From contig NC_090404.1 in assembly GCF_036365525.1 (NCBI RefSeq), positions 32,044,236 through 32,108,235 on the forward strand: a stretch of DNA of 64,000 bases, in the 5' to 3' direction. The notes under the pieces are model-generated. The model was not told the origin of the DNA, made no database searches, and worked only from the letters and a program-made list of their open reading frames with translations. Both the position numbers and the translations under genes were made by a program. This DNA comes from Heterodontus francisci (Eukaryota). Numbering within the stretch: the first letter of the stretch is position 1; every line of letters starts with the position of its first letter. This document shows positions 1-11,403 of the stretch, piece by piece.

Positions 1-822
1 TTACCTCCACTCTCCTCACTATCCCAGGCCCCAAACACTCCTTTCAGGTGAAGCAGCGATTTACTTGTACTTCTTTCAATGTAGTATACTGTATTCGCTG
101 CTCACAATGTGATCTCCTCTGCACTGGGGTGACCAAACACAGACTTGGTGACCGCTATGCGGAACACCTCCACTCAGTCCGCAAGCAGGATCTTGAGCTT
201 CCGGTTGCTTGCCATTTCAACACTCTCCCCTGCTCTCATGCTCACATCTTAATCCTGGGCTTGCTGCAGTGTTCCAGTGAAAATCAACACAAGCTCGAGG
301 AACAGCATCTCATTTACCGATTAGGCACATGACAGCCTGCCGGACTGAACATTGAGTTCAATAATTTCAGAGCATGACTACCACCCCCCCCCCCCAATTT
401 ACTTTTATTGTTAGTTATTTTTTATTTTTTTACAGTTTTTGCATTTTTTGTATGTTCATTTTATTTCATCTTAGTTTATTCAGTTTGCTTACCCACTGTT
501 CTTTTCATGTTTGCACTTGCTGCTGTTCAATCTTCAGTTCGTTAACACCCTATCTGCACTAATTCTTGGTCTATCAACACACCATTAACATATTGTTTGC
601 CTTTGCTCCATGACCTTCTGGTCAGCTAATCTGTGGCCCTGTCCAATCTGCACCTTCTCCTTTGTTATCGCTTGCCCCACCCCTGCTTTACTTGCTTATA
701 ACCTTTGACATTTCTAATATTCGCCAGTTCAGAAGAAGGGTCGTTGACCTGAAACGTTAAATCTGCTTCTCTCTCCACAGATGCTGCCAGACCTGCTAAG
801 TATTTCGAGCATTTCTTGGTTG
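1..822 (+). mobile_element. Penelope-like element 3' fragment (GIY-YIG endonuclease region plus tail), inside the intron of GPCR gene A
   Basis: ORF 48-332 FTCTSFNVVYCIRCSQCDLLCTGVTKHRLGDRYAEHL is a degenerate GIY-YIG domain. It ends in the CAGATGCTGCCAGACCTGCT tail that recurs across the window. Confidence 0.85.
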
Positions 823-1599
823 TATTCTAAAAAAAACACTGTTACTTGATTACTTCGACTGTCAGCTTGTTCAAGAGCATCCTCAGAGAGAATCATCAGC
901 GTTTTCTCACTTTGCAGAAGGGATGTTTTTGAAGACACACTAATAACTCTGACTGCTTCTCCTGTTAATCCACTGGGATAATCGTTGTCCATCTGTACTC
1001 ACAGAAGTGGGAGGTGATGAGGTCTCATTTGGAAAAAAAAGCTCGCTCCTACAGTGCAGCAGTTCATCAGTACCGCGCTGCACTGTCGTCATTGATGATC
1101 AGCTGAATTATATAGTGGGTATTGAACTTAAAACTGTTTGACTCAGATACGAGAGATGCCACCAGTTTTACAAAATATGAAGTCAAGATTGAAGATGGGA
1201 ACTGTCAAGGACATTGCTAGGCACTTGGAGCACTTGGAGCGGCAGTTAATGTGGTTGAGAAGAACCGGACTGAAGCAGTGCGAGTTACAGACTGAGAGCA
1301 CAAACACTGAGCACTGTAAGTTTCGGCTAAGTATAGATCCATTCATAAAACAGACACTTGTTCCATTGCACATATTTCTGTTAACAACCAGATGCCCAAT
1401 AATGTCCTTTCAATTAATTCACTCATTAACTTCAGTCAGGAATTATGCAATTGTTGAATAATTTCAATCAGCTACTTTCAATGTCATTAGCACAATAGAT
1501 CTCCATTTACTCTGTGAAAACTGTGATTATTCACCCACTGTAACTGCATCAAAAACACAAAGAAATACATTTACACTGTGAAATGGCACAAGTTCAGAG

Positions 1600-1990
1600 G
1601 CGAAATTATACAGTTAGAAGCACTAAAATATACTTTTAAGCAGGGGAAGTTACACAGGTTAAGAGGAAAATAATACAGCTGAATAGGAGAAATCGTGCTG
1701 CCAAAGTGGAAATTGACATGGGAAAGTGGGTGAAATTACACTGGCAATGTAAAAGAAAATGTCAGTATTGGAGAGAAATTACACTTCTAAAAGGGCGAAA
1801 TTATATCATTAATGATGAGAAATTATATCAGTAAATGCACGAAACTATATCATTAAAATGAAGAAATGATACAGTTAAAGTGGGAAAAAAGATACTGCAT
1901 AACAGGAGAAGTTTCAGAAATTGGATGGAAGAAATCTGCCTATTAAAGTGGAGAAATTATCCCACGAAAGGGGGATAGGATATCCATAAC
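1600..1990. repeat. Degenerate ~21-bp purine-rich tandem array (GGAGAAATTATACCAGTAAAA-like) in intron of A
   Basis: Recurrent GAAATTA[T/C]A cores; homologous arrays at 17680-18050 and 61890-62340. Confidence 0.65.
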
Positions 1991-2074
1991 GTGGAAAGAC
2001 GCTGGCGGTAAATCAGAACAAAGACCATTCTAATCAATGATTCCCATTACTAATAACTAAGTACAATACTGTAC

Positions 2075-2144
2075 CTGGAATCCCGATAGCTGCAAGGACG
2101 GGATAGTAAATGGCAAACACCAGACCTTTTGCTGATCCGTGCAT
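2075..2144 (-). CDS. Exon 1 of GPR139-like GPCR paralog A (MHGSAKGLVFAIYYPVLAAIGIP|); exon 2 is outside the window
   Basis: 70-nt ATG-to-GT exon (CCAG|gtacag), near-identical to exon 1 of B and C. The adjacent intron (830-2074) and promoter are homologous to those of B and C. Confidence 0.85.
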
Positions 2145-2195
2145 TTCTATCAGAAGCTCTGACCACGCTCTGAACTGCAATCAAAGATTGTTACA

Positions 2196-2290
2196 TTTAT
2201 ATCCGATGTCAGGAGCCTGGGAGGTAGTTAGTTGGTTTGATAATTTTTCATTAATTAGATTAATTGAAACAAACATATTAGTGCAGCTAC
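2196..2290 (-). promoter_or_regulatory. Proximal promoter of GPCR A: TATAAA (2196-2201), O/E-like CTCCCAGGCT (2214-2223), homeodomain TAATTA/TAATTG sites (2252-2266)
   Basis: Motifs sit at equivalent positions in all three paralogs; function is inferred. Confidence 0.5.
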
Positions 2291-2644
2291 TGTCAAACTC
2301 GTGTTTTTGTTTTGATGGAACGGAATTTTTTCCAAGGGAGCTGGCACGGCACTAAAATTAAATACCCAGAGATCACAATATGATCCTAGCTACAGTTACG
2401 ATAATTAAAAGTTTAACAGGTGGTGCAATGGTGAAAATGAACCTTGTATACGAGGAATCCCCAGGTTCAAACCCTTTAATTCCGAATTAAGTGCCCTCAG
2501 CGCAAGATATAACTGACCAGAGATATTCTGGTCCTAAAGGAAACTCCAAACAAGTTCTCGCTGTTGAGCACTATTCTGCTCCAGTCCGTGAGATCCAGGG
2601 TCATATGCACCTGACTCCAAATCCCTCTTAGACGGTGCATCCAC

Positions 2645-3510
2645 GTCAATTCAGCTAACTGCATTCAGTGTGAACAGGTTTATTTCTGCCCTGTATTTTC
2701 AGTGTACATAGGTGCAGTTGTGCACGTTTATGTTTTGTGTGAAAAACGTCCAGTTCAGCAGCATTGCGTTAAGTATTGATGTTCGAGTTCAGTACGGTTA
2801 TATTCAGTGGAGACATGTCTAGTTAAGCACATTTGCATTTAGTGCGGACTGGTCGACGTCGGCGCGGTCATGTGTAGTGAAGAGAAGTCAAGTCCAGCAC
2901 GGTTACAATCTGTGCGCACAGGTTTACATCATCGCGGTTACCTTTATGGTACACACGTTTAGTGCAGCACAGTAACTCTCGGTGTTAACGGGTTTCTACG
3001 GGTTACATTCCATGTGCGTAGGTCCGGTTGTGTAGGTTAATTCTGAGTGTTGAAAAGTCAAATTCAGCACGATTGCATTCAGTGCTGACTGGTCAAGTTC
3101 AATACAGTTGCGTTCGGCATGGACAAGTACAATTTGCAAGCTGATATTTAGTGTAGATTGGTTCAGGCCTGCACGGTAATATCTAATGTCGAAACTTCCA
3201 GTTCTGCACATTCACATTCAGAATGGACAGATCCAGTTCTGCAGTGTTACTTTCAGTGACGGCAGCTTCAGTTCTGCCCGGTTCTATTGAATGTGGACAA
3301 GCCCAATTCAGCATGGTTAATGCCAGTATGATCTTGCTCAGCTCAGTCTGTTATGCATGTATGGTATTGGAAGGGTTGCTTTCAGTGTGGAGGGGGCTAG
3401 TTCATTATGGTTGTAGAAACTTCCAATTTCGCACGGCAACATTTAGTGTGGTCAAGTCCAGTTTAGCATGCTTACATTTAGTTCAGTAAGGTTTCATTCG
3501 GTGCGGACAG
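2645..3510. repeat. Degenerate ~35-bp tandem array (GGTCCAGTTCAGCACGGTTACATTCAGTGTGCACA-like) upstream of A
   Basis: About 24 diverged units with 35-bp phasing of CAGTTCAGCAC; homologous arrays at 19515-19850 and 62995-63430. Confidence 0.8.
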
Positions 3511-4069
3511 GCTTTAGGGAGTTAAGAGGTGAGTAACACGGCACAGAATTGCCTGCCTCTGATCTGGTATTTATATTGCTGGTGCAGTTAGGTTTCGGCC
3601 GTTAAATGTCAACCTTTGTTAGCAGATTCTTTCATTTTTCGATGTGTGTCACTGGCAAGGCAGGCATTTGTTGTCCATCCTAATTGCCTTTGATTAATAG
3701 CATATATAACAGTATAGCTCCTACTAGGAGGCTTATAAACTGTTTTCACATGTCTTAACCTCTCATTGTTATTTCGTATCTCGAACCAAGCTGATTTTAT
3801 TTCCTACTCTTTCGAGTCAAGCTCCTTCCTTACTTCAGTCCTTATGTGGTCCTTTATTATCAGGGCTACCTTACCTCATTTTACATTTGGTCTGTCTTTG
3901 CGAACGTCAAGTACCCTGGAATATTTATTTTCCAACCTTGTTCGTCATGCAACCATGTCTCATTAATGCTATTGAATCAAACGATTTATAATTCTTTGTG
4001 TCATTAACTTATCTATCTTGATGCAAACCCTCCGGGCATTCAGATACTATAGACTAATTGGCTTGATGT

Positions 4070-5440
4070 CCGTCGTGGGGAAGGTGCTATAATCGATCAT
4101 TAAAGAGGCTATAGCTGGACGTTAGCGAAACACAAGTTAATCAGGATTAACCAGCATGGTATTGTGAAAGGGAAATCATGTTGAACCAATTTATTGGAGT
4201 TCTTCGAAGGAGTAACATGCACTGTGGATAAAGAGGAGCTCGTAAACGTACTCTACTTGGATTTCTGGAAGGCATTTGGCAACTTGCCACATAAAAGGTT
4301 ATTGCGCAAAGCAGTAGCTCATGGTGTAGGGGGTAACATATTAGCATGGATAGAAGATTGACTAGCTGGCAGCAAACAGAGACTATGCATAAACGGGTCC
4401 TTTTCTGATTGGCAGGATGTGACGAGTGTAGTCCCCCAGGGGTCTATCCTGGGGCCCAAACTTTTTGCATTTTCTATCAATGACTTAGATGAGGGGAGCG
4501 ATGGCATGGTAGCTAAATTTGCAGATGGCACAAAGATACGCAGGAAGAGATGTTGTGAAGAGCTGATAAAGAGGTTGCAGCCAGATATAGATAGGTTAAG
4601 TGAGTGGGCAGAAATCTGGAAGTTGGAGTATAATGTGGGAAAATGTGAAGTTGTTCACTTTGGCGGGAAGAATTTAAAAAAGCAGAGTATTATTTAAACG
4701 GACAACGACTGTAGAATTCCGAGGTGCAGAGGGATCTAGGTGTTCTCGTGCATGAGTCACAAAAAGTTAGTATGCAGGTACAGCAATTAATAAAGACGGT
4801 GAATGGAATGTTATCCTTTATTACGAGAGGAATTGAACATAAAATTAAGGATGTTATGCTTCAGTTATACAGGTTTTTGATAACACTACATCTCGAATAC
4901 CGTGTGTAGTTTTGATATCCTTATTTCAGGAAGGATGTAAATGCGTTGGAGGTGGCCTAGAGGAGGTGTACTAGATGATACCTGGTATGAGCGAGTGGTC
5001 ATATGAGGAAAGATTGGGCTTGTTTTCACTGGAGTTTGGAAGAGTGCAGGGAGATGTGATTGATGTATATACAATCCTGAACAGTCTTAACAAGGTGGAC
5101 GTGGAAAGGTTGGTTCCTCTTGTGTGTGGGTCCAGAACTAGGAGGCACTGTTTTAAAGTTAGGAGTTGTTTTTTCTGGACAGAGATGAGGACGTTTTTTT
5201 TTCCCCCAGAGTGCTGTGCGATTTTGGAACTCTCAGAAGGTGGTGGCGGCGGGGTCATTGAATATTTTTAAGGCAGAGGCTGATAGATTCTTGTTAGGCA
5301 AGGGAATCAAAGGTTATCAGGGATATATGACAGTGTGGAATTAGAGAAACAAGCAGATCTGCAATGAACGTTTTGAATGGTGGAGCAGGCTCGACGGGTC
5401 AAATGGCCTACTTCTGTTCCGTATTCGTATGTTCATATAA
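4070..5440 (+). mobile_element. CR1 LINE, 5'-truncated RT and 3' tail
   Basis: VPQGSILGP..FADGTK, RDLGVLVH and LEFGRVQGD motifs with stops and frameshifts. Confidence 0.9.
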
Positions 5441-5880
5441 AACAGTTTTGATTTTACCTTTCTGCCATTTCCCCTGTTTAACTTTATTTATTGATACACT
5501 ATTCCTGATAAACTTTCCATCCCCTCTTGTTGCATTCTGCTTAACTTTACCCAAATTGCTACACTGTTCTGTGCCCTTGACTTTTATCTTTACATTTGTA
5601 AATTTCCCATCATATCAAGCCTCCCAACTTTTTATTCTAAAGCCCCATTGACAACCTTTGTTATTGAATTTGCCTGAACATTGGTCCGAGCCCGGTTTAA
5701 GTGGAAGTTGATCGAATAGAACAGCTGCCTCTTTCTCCAGTACTGGAGCCAGTGTTCCACGAAAAGAAATGCCTGTCTCCTACACCACTGTTTGAGCCAC
5801 GCATTCAACCCATAGCATTGATCTATAATACCTCTATCACCCTTAAATTCTGTCCCATTCACCAAACTCGTGGGACAGGG
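5440..5880 (-). mobile_element. CR1 LINE ORF1 (esterase-like) fragment
   Basis: LNAWLKQWCRRQAFLFVEHW..HLNRARTN in ORF 5632-5865. Confidence 0.75.
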
Positions 5881-5881
5881 T

Positions 5882-7035
5882 AAAGCTACATTGATCAGTC
5901 AATCCCCTATTGCCTGTACATTTTATGACATTGATCGCTTGGGCCGCTTACACATACTTTAATCAGATAATCCACTATTATCTGTACTTTATAACCTATT
6001 GACCAAAAATCTGGAGCAGGGTAAAGAGACATTTAACGGCTTTTCCTCTATACCCCGTGCAGTCCGTTCCTTCTACAAACACCTGGGGCTGGGCGTTGAT
6101 ACTTGGATCACATAATCTTCTATTACCCAAACACGCACATATGTGTTTGAGTGCATGTGTGTAAAAGCACGAAGTATGCTGAATAAGATTGGAGAGCTGT
6201 AGGCTCAAATAGCCATGTGGGAATATGACGTTCGCGCGATATATGAGACATGACACAAAATAGGAAATGATTGAGTGTTTACTATTCATGGATGTAAGGC
6301 ATTCAGGAAAGAAGGGGAAGGATAAAAAGAGGGTAGCTGTTTTAATTGAAAAAATACACTCCTACAGAGAATGTCCTTGATGGATCAAAGACAGAATCCA
6401 TTTTGTTCAAATAGAGAAAAAAATGAAGGAGCTATTAGGAAACTTGTTGCACTTTATGGACAAGAAAATAGTGCGAAATAGAGAGAGGAGCAGAAGTGCA
6501 AAGAAATTAACGGGAGAGACAAGAGCTAAGGAGTAGTTATAAAGGGAGATTTTAACGATAGTAATATTTCATGAGGCAGTAATTGTGTTAAGGGCCGAGA
6601 TGAAGGGAAATTTTGAATCGCGTTCAGATGAATTTTCTTGAGTAAATTTCCTGCCCAACGAGGAATAGGACTTTGTTGGATCTAGTCCGGGATTGTCACT
6701 GTAAAGAAGTATCTCAGGGATCGTGATCATTGTATTTTACTGCTTAAATTTGTTATGCAGAAGGATAAGGAACAAATTAGATTTTAAAGATAGGCTGCTC
6801 TTACCCATCTCACTCACCGTGAAGCTGAGGAAGAGTGAATAATTCATTGGTTTGTTTCTGCGACAGAAATGCGGCTTAAACCTGCTGTTATGAACAAAGG
6901 TAACGCTGCAGTATCCTTCAATGATCTCACACAAATTCAACAAAGGAACTGCTGGAATGTGCAGCTTTGAAAGCAGCTTCTTGCAACGTCAGGCTGCAAC
7001 TGAGGGACCTGAAATGTAACAATGTAACTGTGAGA
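5882..7035 (+). pseudogene. Decayed primase large-subunit (PriL/PRIM2-like) ORF of probable viral origin, split by a CR1 insertion
   Basis: Removing the insertion bounded by TTACCCA (6123-6129 / 6801-6807) restores one frame: ...TFYDIDRLGRLHIL*SDNP...DTWIT*SSITHLTHREAEEE*IIHWFVSATEMRLKPAVMNKGNAAVSFNDLTQIQQ. This resembles PRIM2 blocks EFENLAIDRVKLL, SHFILRLAYCQSEELRRWF and VYLEDGFAYVPLKDIVAI (by-eye comparison). Confidence 0.55.
6130..6800 (+). mobile_element. CR1 LINE APE-endonuclease fragment with target-site duplication TTACCCA
   Basis: Degenerate APE region (GDFN, LDL, DH motifs); flanking direct repeat CTATTACCCA / CTCTTACCCA. Confidence 0.75.
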
Positions 7036-7039
7036 TCAT

Positions 7040-7535
7040 AGTCCTGATTTTGCAGCCAGCGGCGCAGTGATGGCGTTCATCACTGACCGCTCTTAGAAAT
7101 GTGAACTTGCCAAGTTCGATGCAGCATATGCCAAAGACCAAAGAATCTGGGAGGCCTCGCAGCCAAGCGCATCGCTGTCGAAGCCGTGCCTTGGAATGAT
7201 GCCACTAGCTGAAGAGACGCCCCTTGAGGTCAACCTTCAGTTCAAAGGCAGGTGAGTGTTTTGTAATGATTTTATAAACACTGAAATATTTATAACAATA
7301 CAGTTTAATTCATTGCAGAAAACGCTCTTTGAACCTGCTTCAAAATCTTGCATTGTGATCTGACAGGTTTTGTTAAGAAGTTTAAAATGTTTATTTACAG
7401 ATACATACAGAAGGATGTCTAAATTGATTATGATATGGCACTAGCTGTCAGGAATGAAGATTTATTGATAGCTCCAAAATGCACGTCATTTTAAAAACAA
7501 TCACTGCCGCAATCGTAGCTGGTGAACTTTAGCAC
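7040..7535. mobile_element. Probable non-autonomous DNA transposon (MITE-like) between the two decayed viral-like ORFs
   Basis: Start GTCCTGATTTTGCAGCC..GCAGTGA and end TCACTGCCGC..AACTTTAGCAC form weak terminal inverted repeats. Confidence 0.35.
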
Positions 7536-7599
7536 ATCAATGTAAAAATGATGAGATGCGTGGCATCGGATTTGAACAAATGATTCAGCATCGTGCTTT

Positions 7600-8836
7600 A
7601 ATGCAGTACTCTAAACAAATTACAGCAATCAGACGAGAGCAGATTCATTCAAAATGGGGCATCAGTCAATCAATACTGAAATGTTACTAAGCAACAGTCG
7701 AGCGGTTGGAAACAAAATCATATCTGCATATCTGATTGACAACTCTTTGCCTTCCAGTCATCAATTTTTCTAACAGTTTTGCAGAGAGACAGGGAAGTAG
7801 ATCATCATCAATCACTACGGCTCTGGCTCCTTCGGCACTGATTCATGAATGTTACTTTTCTCTGTGGCAATTCAAGGTCAGTGAGGTTGCTCCATATGCA
7901 CATTTATCTAGATTTTAAGGCAGCATCTCTCGCTGTTAGAAATTGCCAAAATAATTCCATGCTGTCCATATCTCCCACACCCAAACATTCCGAACCCCCC
8001 TCTGGTTTTATTCTCTAGTATCCCTCTCTCACACACCAAATTATTCATTTTAAGATCTTTGATGACTTCTTTAAAAAAAAATCTTGCATTTACATTTTGA
8101 AATGTGGCACATGATAGGGAAGCAACCAAAATTCTCTCTCATAGACACTGGAATCAGCCAAAATCTCCAGATAAAAGTTCAATAGAAGGGGTCCATCCCT
8201 TGTTATAATTTAATAGTGTCTGCAGATATGGATGCGCTCCCGCACATGCTCTTTGCCTGCTGATACCAGCTCTGAATAAACTAAAGTTAAATCCTGCGCT
8301 CGTTGTGGGCAATCAGCCCAAATTGCCGAAAAACATTTTCAGTCGCTTTCCAAAGCAGCTTGAAGGGACCATCATCAGAGTCTCCTCCAGAGCACATTGT
8401 GGTGCACCGAAACTTTTGGTTTTCGGTATAAATGCCTGAATTAATGGCACTGTTCCGGCTCTCAATCGTGGGGAATGTCTCAGCGTTCACCGCTATTGGG
8501 ACTGTAAAATCAGGCCAGTGAGTGTAGAATGGAACCGAGCAGACAGGAAAAGTCTTTGTCAGTTCTGACAGTGTGAAAAGATTTCAAACCCCTGTGCGAC
8601 TGAAAAAGCAACTCCGTGACAGTTTGCGAATGTTCTGACTGGGAGGAGAGCTTCAACCAGTTACACAGCCTGAAAAAAAACATTATGACACTCACAGCTG
8701 GAAGAAACTTTATATATTTCTTGTCTGAACGAGGCTTCAACTGATCCTCGAACTGGAGCGACACAAGGACACCCGCAACATGTGAAAAATGTCGGACTAT
8801 GGAAGAGATGTCATTATATTTCTCAGCTGGAAACAT
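7600..8836 (-). pseudogene. Decayed superfamily-3 helicase, polyomavirus large T / papillomavirus E1 / adomavirus Rep-like (endogenous viral element)
   Basis: Collinear motifs across frameshifts: NFSLFRAGISRQRACAGA; TFQNVNARFFFKEVIK; eroded Walker A at ~7958-7990; GATSLTLNCHREK*HS*ISAEGARAVVIDD (Walker B, 7801-7830); LEGKELSI; ILFPTARLLLSN (motif C, 7683-7718); SALV*LL*F (Arg-finger position). Confidence 0.65.
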
Positions 8837-9194
8837 ACCTGGGAAAGGGCGTTCAACTGCTCCATGTTTGGGAAAGGATGCAGCCAGCCCTCCCAGCTAC
8901 TCGCACAGCAGTATGTTCACAAGGGAGTGGAGACACTTGAAACTCCATAGGTGGGAAGGTGTTCAGTTGAGCATAACAGTTGCTGACACATCAGTGTGTT
9001 TACATGTGACTCTGTTGTATTCTGCTGTTAATAATGATGGTAATCATATCCAAGACCGTTTCATATCCTGAATAAATGTTAAATAATGCTAATGTTCATG
9101 GATCAGCTTCAACCCCTGCATTGAAAGGCCAAACCAGTGACTTATAAATAATTAGCAAAGCTTACTTGTTCTTGTACACTATGCCGTTATTTAT

Positions 9195-10090
9195 AAAGAC
9201 CAGTTTCACGCATGCATTAACAACAGGATCAACTTGTACTCCTCCTTCAAAGATTTGTATAACTGCACCCTCAGGTCTATCTAAGACTGCATCCCCTTAA
9301 AAACTTTAACATTTGACTAATATTGTCCCATCTAACTTTTATTCCAATCAAAGTGCATATTTTCTCTCTTCTTTGCATTAAATTCCATCTACCATGCGCA
9401 GGCCCATCTTACCAGTTTATGTCCTCCTGATGTCTGTTCCTATCCTCCTCAATTGCAAGTTTTGTGCCATCTGCAAACGTTGAAATCATGCCCTGTGTAT
9501 CCAAGACCAGGTAATTAACATGTATCTAAAAAGAGCAATGGTCTTAATATCGACCCTTGAGGGACACCACTGTACACTTTCTTCCAGATTGAAATACAAC
9601 TATGCACCACTACTCCATTATTTCTTCAAAGTGCTCGATCAAGCTTATCTGACATGATTTTCCTTATATAATTCCGCGATGGTTGTCACATATTAACCAT
9701 TTTTACCGCTTTCAAGTTACAATTAGTTTTGTCCCAGATTTTGTTCACTAGAACGTTTCCTGCCATCTATTTTAGTCTGACTGACCTGTATTGCCAGGAT
9801 TATACCACTCAGCTTCATTAAAAGTGGTGCAACAGTTACAAACCTCCAGTTTTTAGGCACCAGTCGTGTACTCAATGAAGGTTGAAAAAATGTTGCCAGG
9901 ACCTCTATTATTTCCACCCTTGCTCCCAACAACATTTTAGCATCGATCCCATCCGAACCAGTTGACTTCTCTACCTGAAGCTGTTCCAACATCTATCCCC
10001 ATTTTTTATCCTATCCTATTACTCTATCCTTCCTCCTTTACAGTGACATTGGCAGGCTTCTCTGCTCTTGTGAACACAAATTGAAATAAA
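9195..10090 (-). mobile_element. CR1 LINE RT fragment
   Basis: ORF 9723-9992 KSTGSDGI..VPKNWR and a GVPQGS-like segment. Confidence 0.8.
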
Positions 10091-10733
10091 TCTCATACTC
10101 TCAGAATTTAATGTAAGCAACAGAATAATTTACAATATAAGTCAACAGGTGATTGACAATTTACAGCCAATTCTACTACTATCTGGATTTATTTATGAAC
10201 GTGTGTTTCCACCAACAAATATAAGCCCTCCCGAGTCACAGCATCTTGATGTACGGCCCATGGGCAGCGTATGGGTCATTTGCCAGCGTCCCGACAGGCA
10301 AAATCACACACGAGTCAACTGCAAAGGAGCTTGATCGGGTGGTATAAATGAAAGCACTTATTAGAATGCATGCAATGCTGATGGGTGTATTGTCTGGCAT
10401 GCCAGACAACTTCCTGTCTCTGTCAAGGATGCTGGCTTCAAATTGATAGAGTGCTCTGTGCAGAGTTTCCCCTCTCTGGCGCCTTCTACTCTGTTGAGTG
10501 GGCAAATGCAATTATGAAGACTCCCGCATGTGATAAAATAAAATAAAACTAATTTAAGAAAAGCACTGCTATTTTACGGGAGTAGCAAGAATCAACACCC
10601 AGAACACTAAAAAAATGTTCAATTGAATGAGAATATTATTTTCACTATTGATTGTGCACTCCAGTCTAGTTCGTCTTTGACCATGCTTGTCATTGCATGA
10701 TTCAATGTTAATGGAGTTTGGCCGTAAAGAACT

Positions 10734-11268
10734 TGAGTATTGCTGAAAATAGAGATATGTTGTTGAGGCTTTTCATCTTGCATTCCTCTGGACAATCCGC
10801 AAGAATAGTCATTTGGTAATACAGAGCTGGAGTTTTGCTGAAAATAGAGACACGTTGTTGAGGCTTTTCATCTTACATTCATCAGGACAATCTGCAAGCT
10901 ACAAACATTGACACACAGGGCCCTGTTCTTTTCAGACTGAAAGATATTGCACCTGTTTCAGCTGAACAAAATAAGTGACAGCCGTTCGCTGGTTTATTCC
11001 TCAGGACAATGCTTTGACCAATCAGATCAAGCTGCCTGGTTTAAATTTCAAACAAAGCTTGGCAGTTAACTGTCTGTCACCGTAAACTAGTGCATTCTCT
11101 ATGGCAACGGCTCGACCAATCAGAGTTCAATTGCCAACCAATTAGCATTCTCTTCTCATACAGTATAAAGTTGTTGTTTTCCCTTACATTGGTATTCTTT
11201 TGGATTTTCCTGAGGAGTGCAAAACGAAAAGCGTCGAAAACATGTCTCTGTTTTCAGCAATGCTCAAG
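10734..11268 (-). mobile_element. Penelope-family terminal-repeat fragment
   Basis: Homologous to 31998-32350, which adjoins a GIY-YIG ORF. Confidence 0.7.
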
Positions 11269-11403
11269 ATAATGGGTTTGTTGACCATGCACAGCAATCA
11301 ATCTCTCTCAAGTAGTTTACAACAGACATAGGGGACGAGGAAAATCTCAATGTTGGAGAATTTTAGGAATCAGAGGCGTGAAAGTAATTGGTGTGGTGCT
11401 ACA

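Noticed and set aside
6842-6960. Adenain-like protease (HW...Q..C)
   Set aside because: Spacing too short with no Asp/Glu or CG motif; the same residues fit PriL better.
10149-10511. Additional viral ORF upstream of the helicase
   Set aside because: No recognisable motif, and part of it is the non-coding foldback arm.
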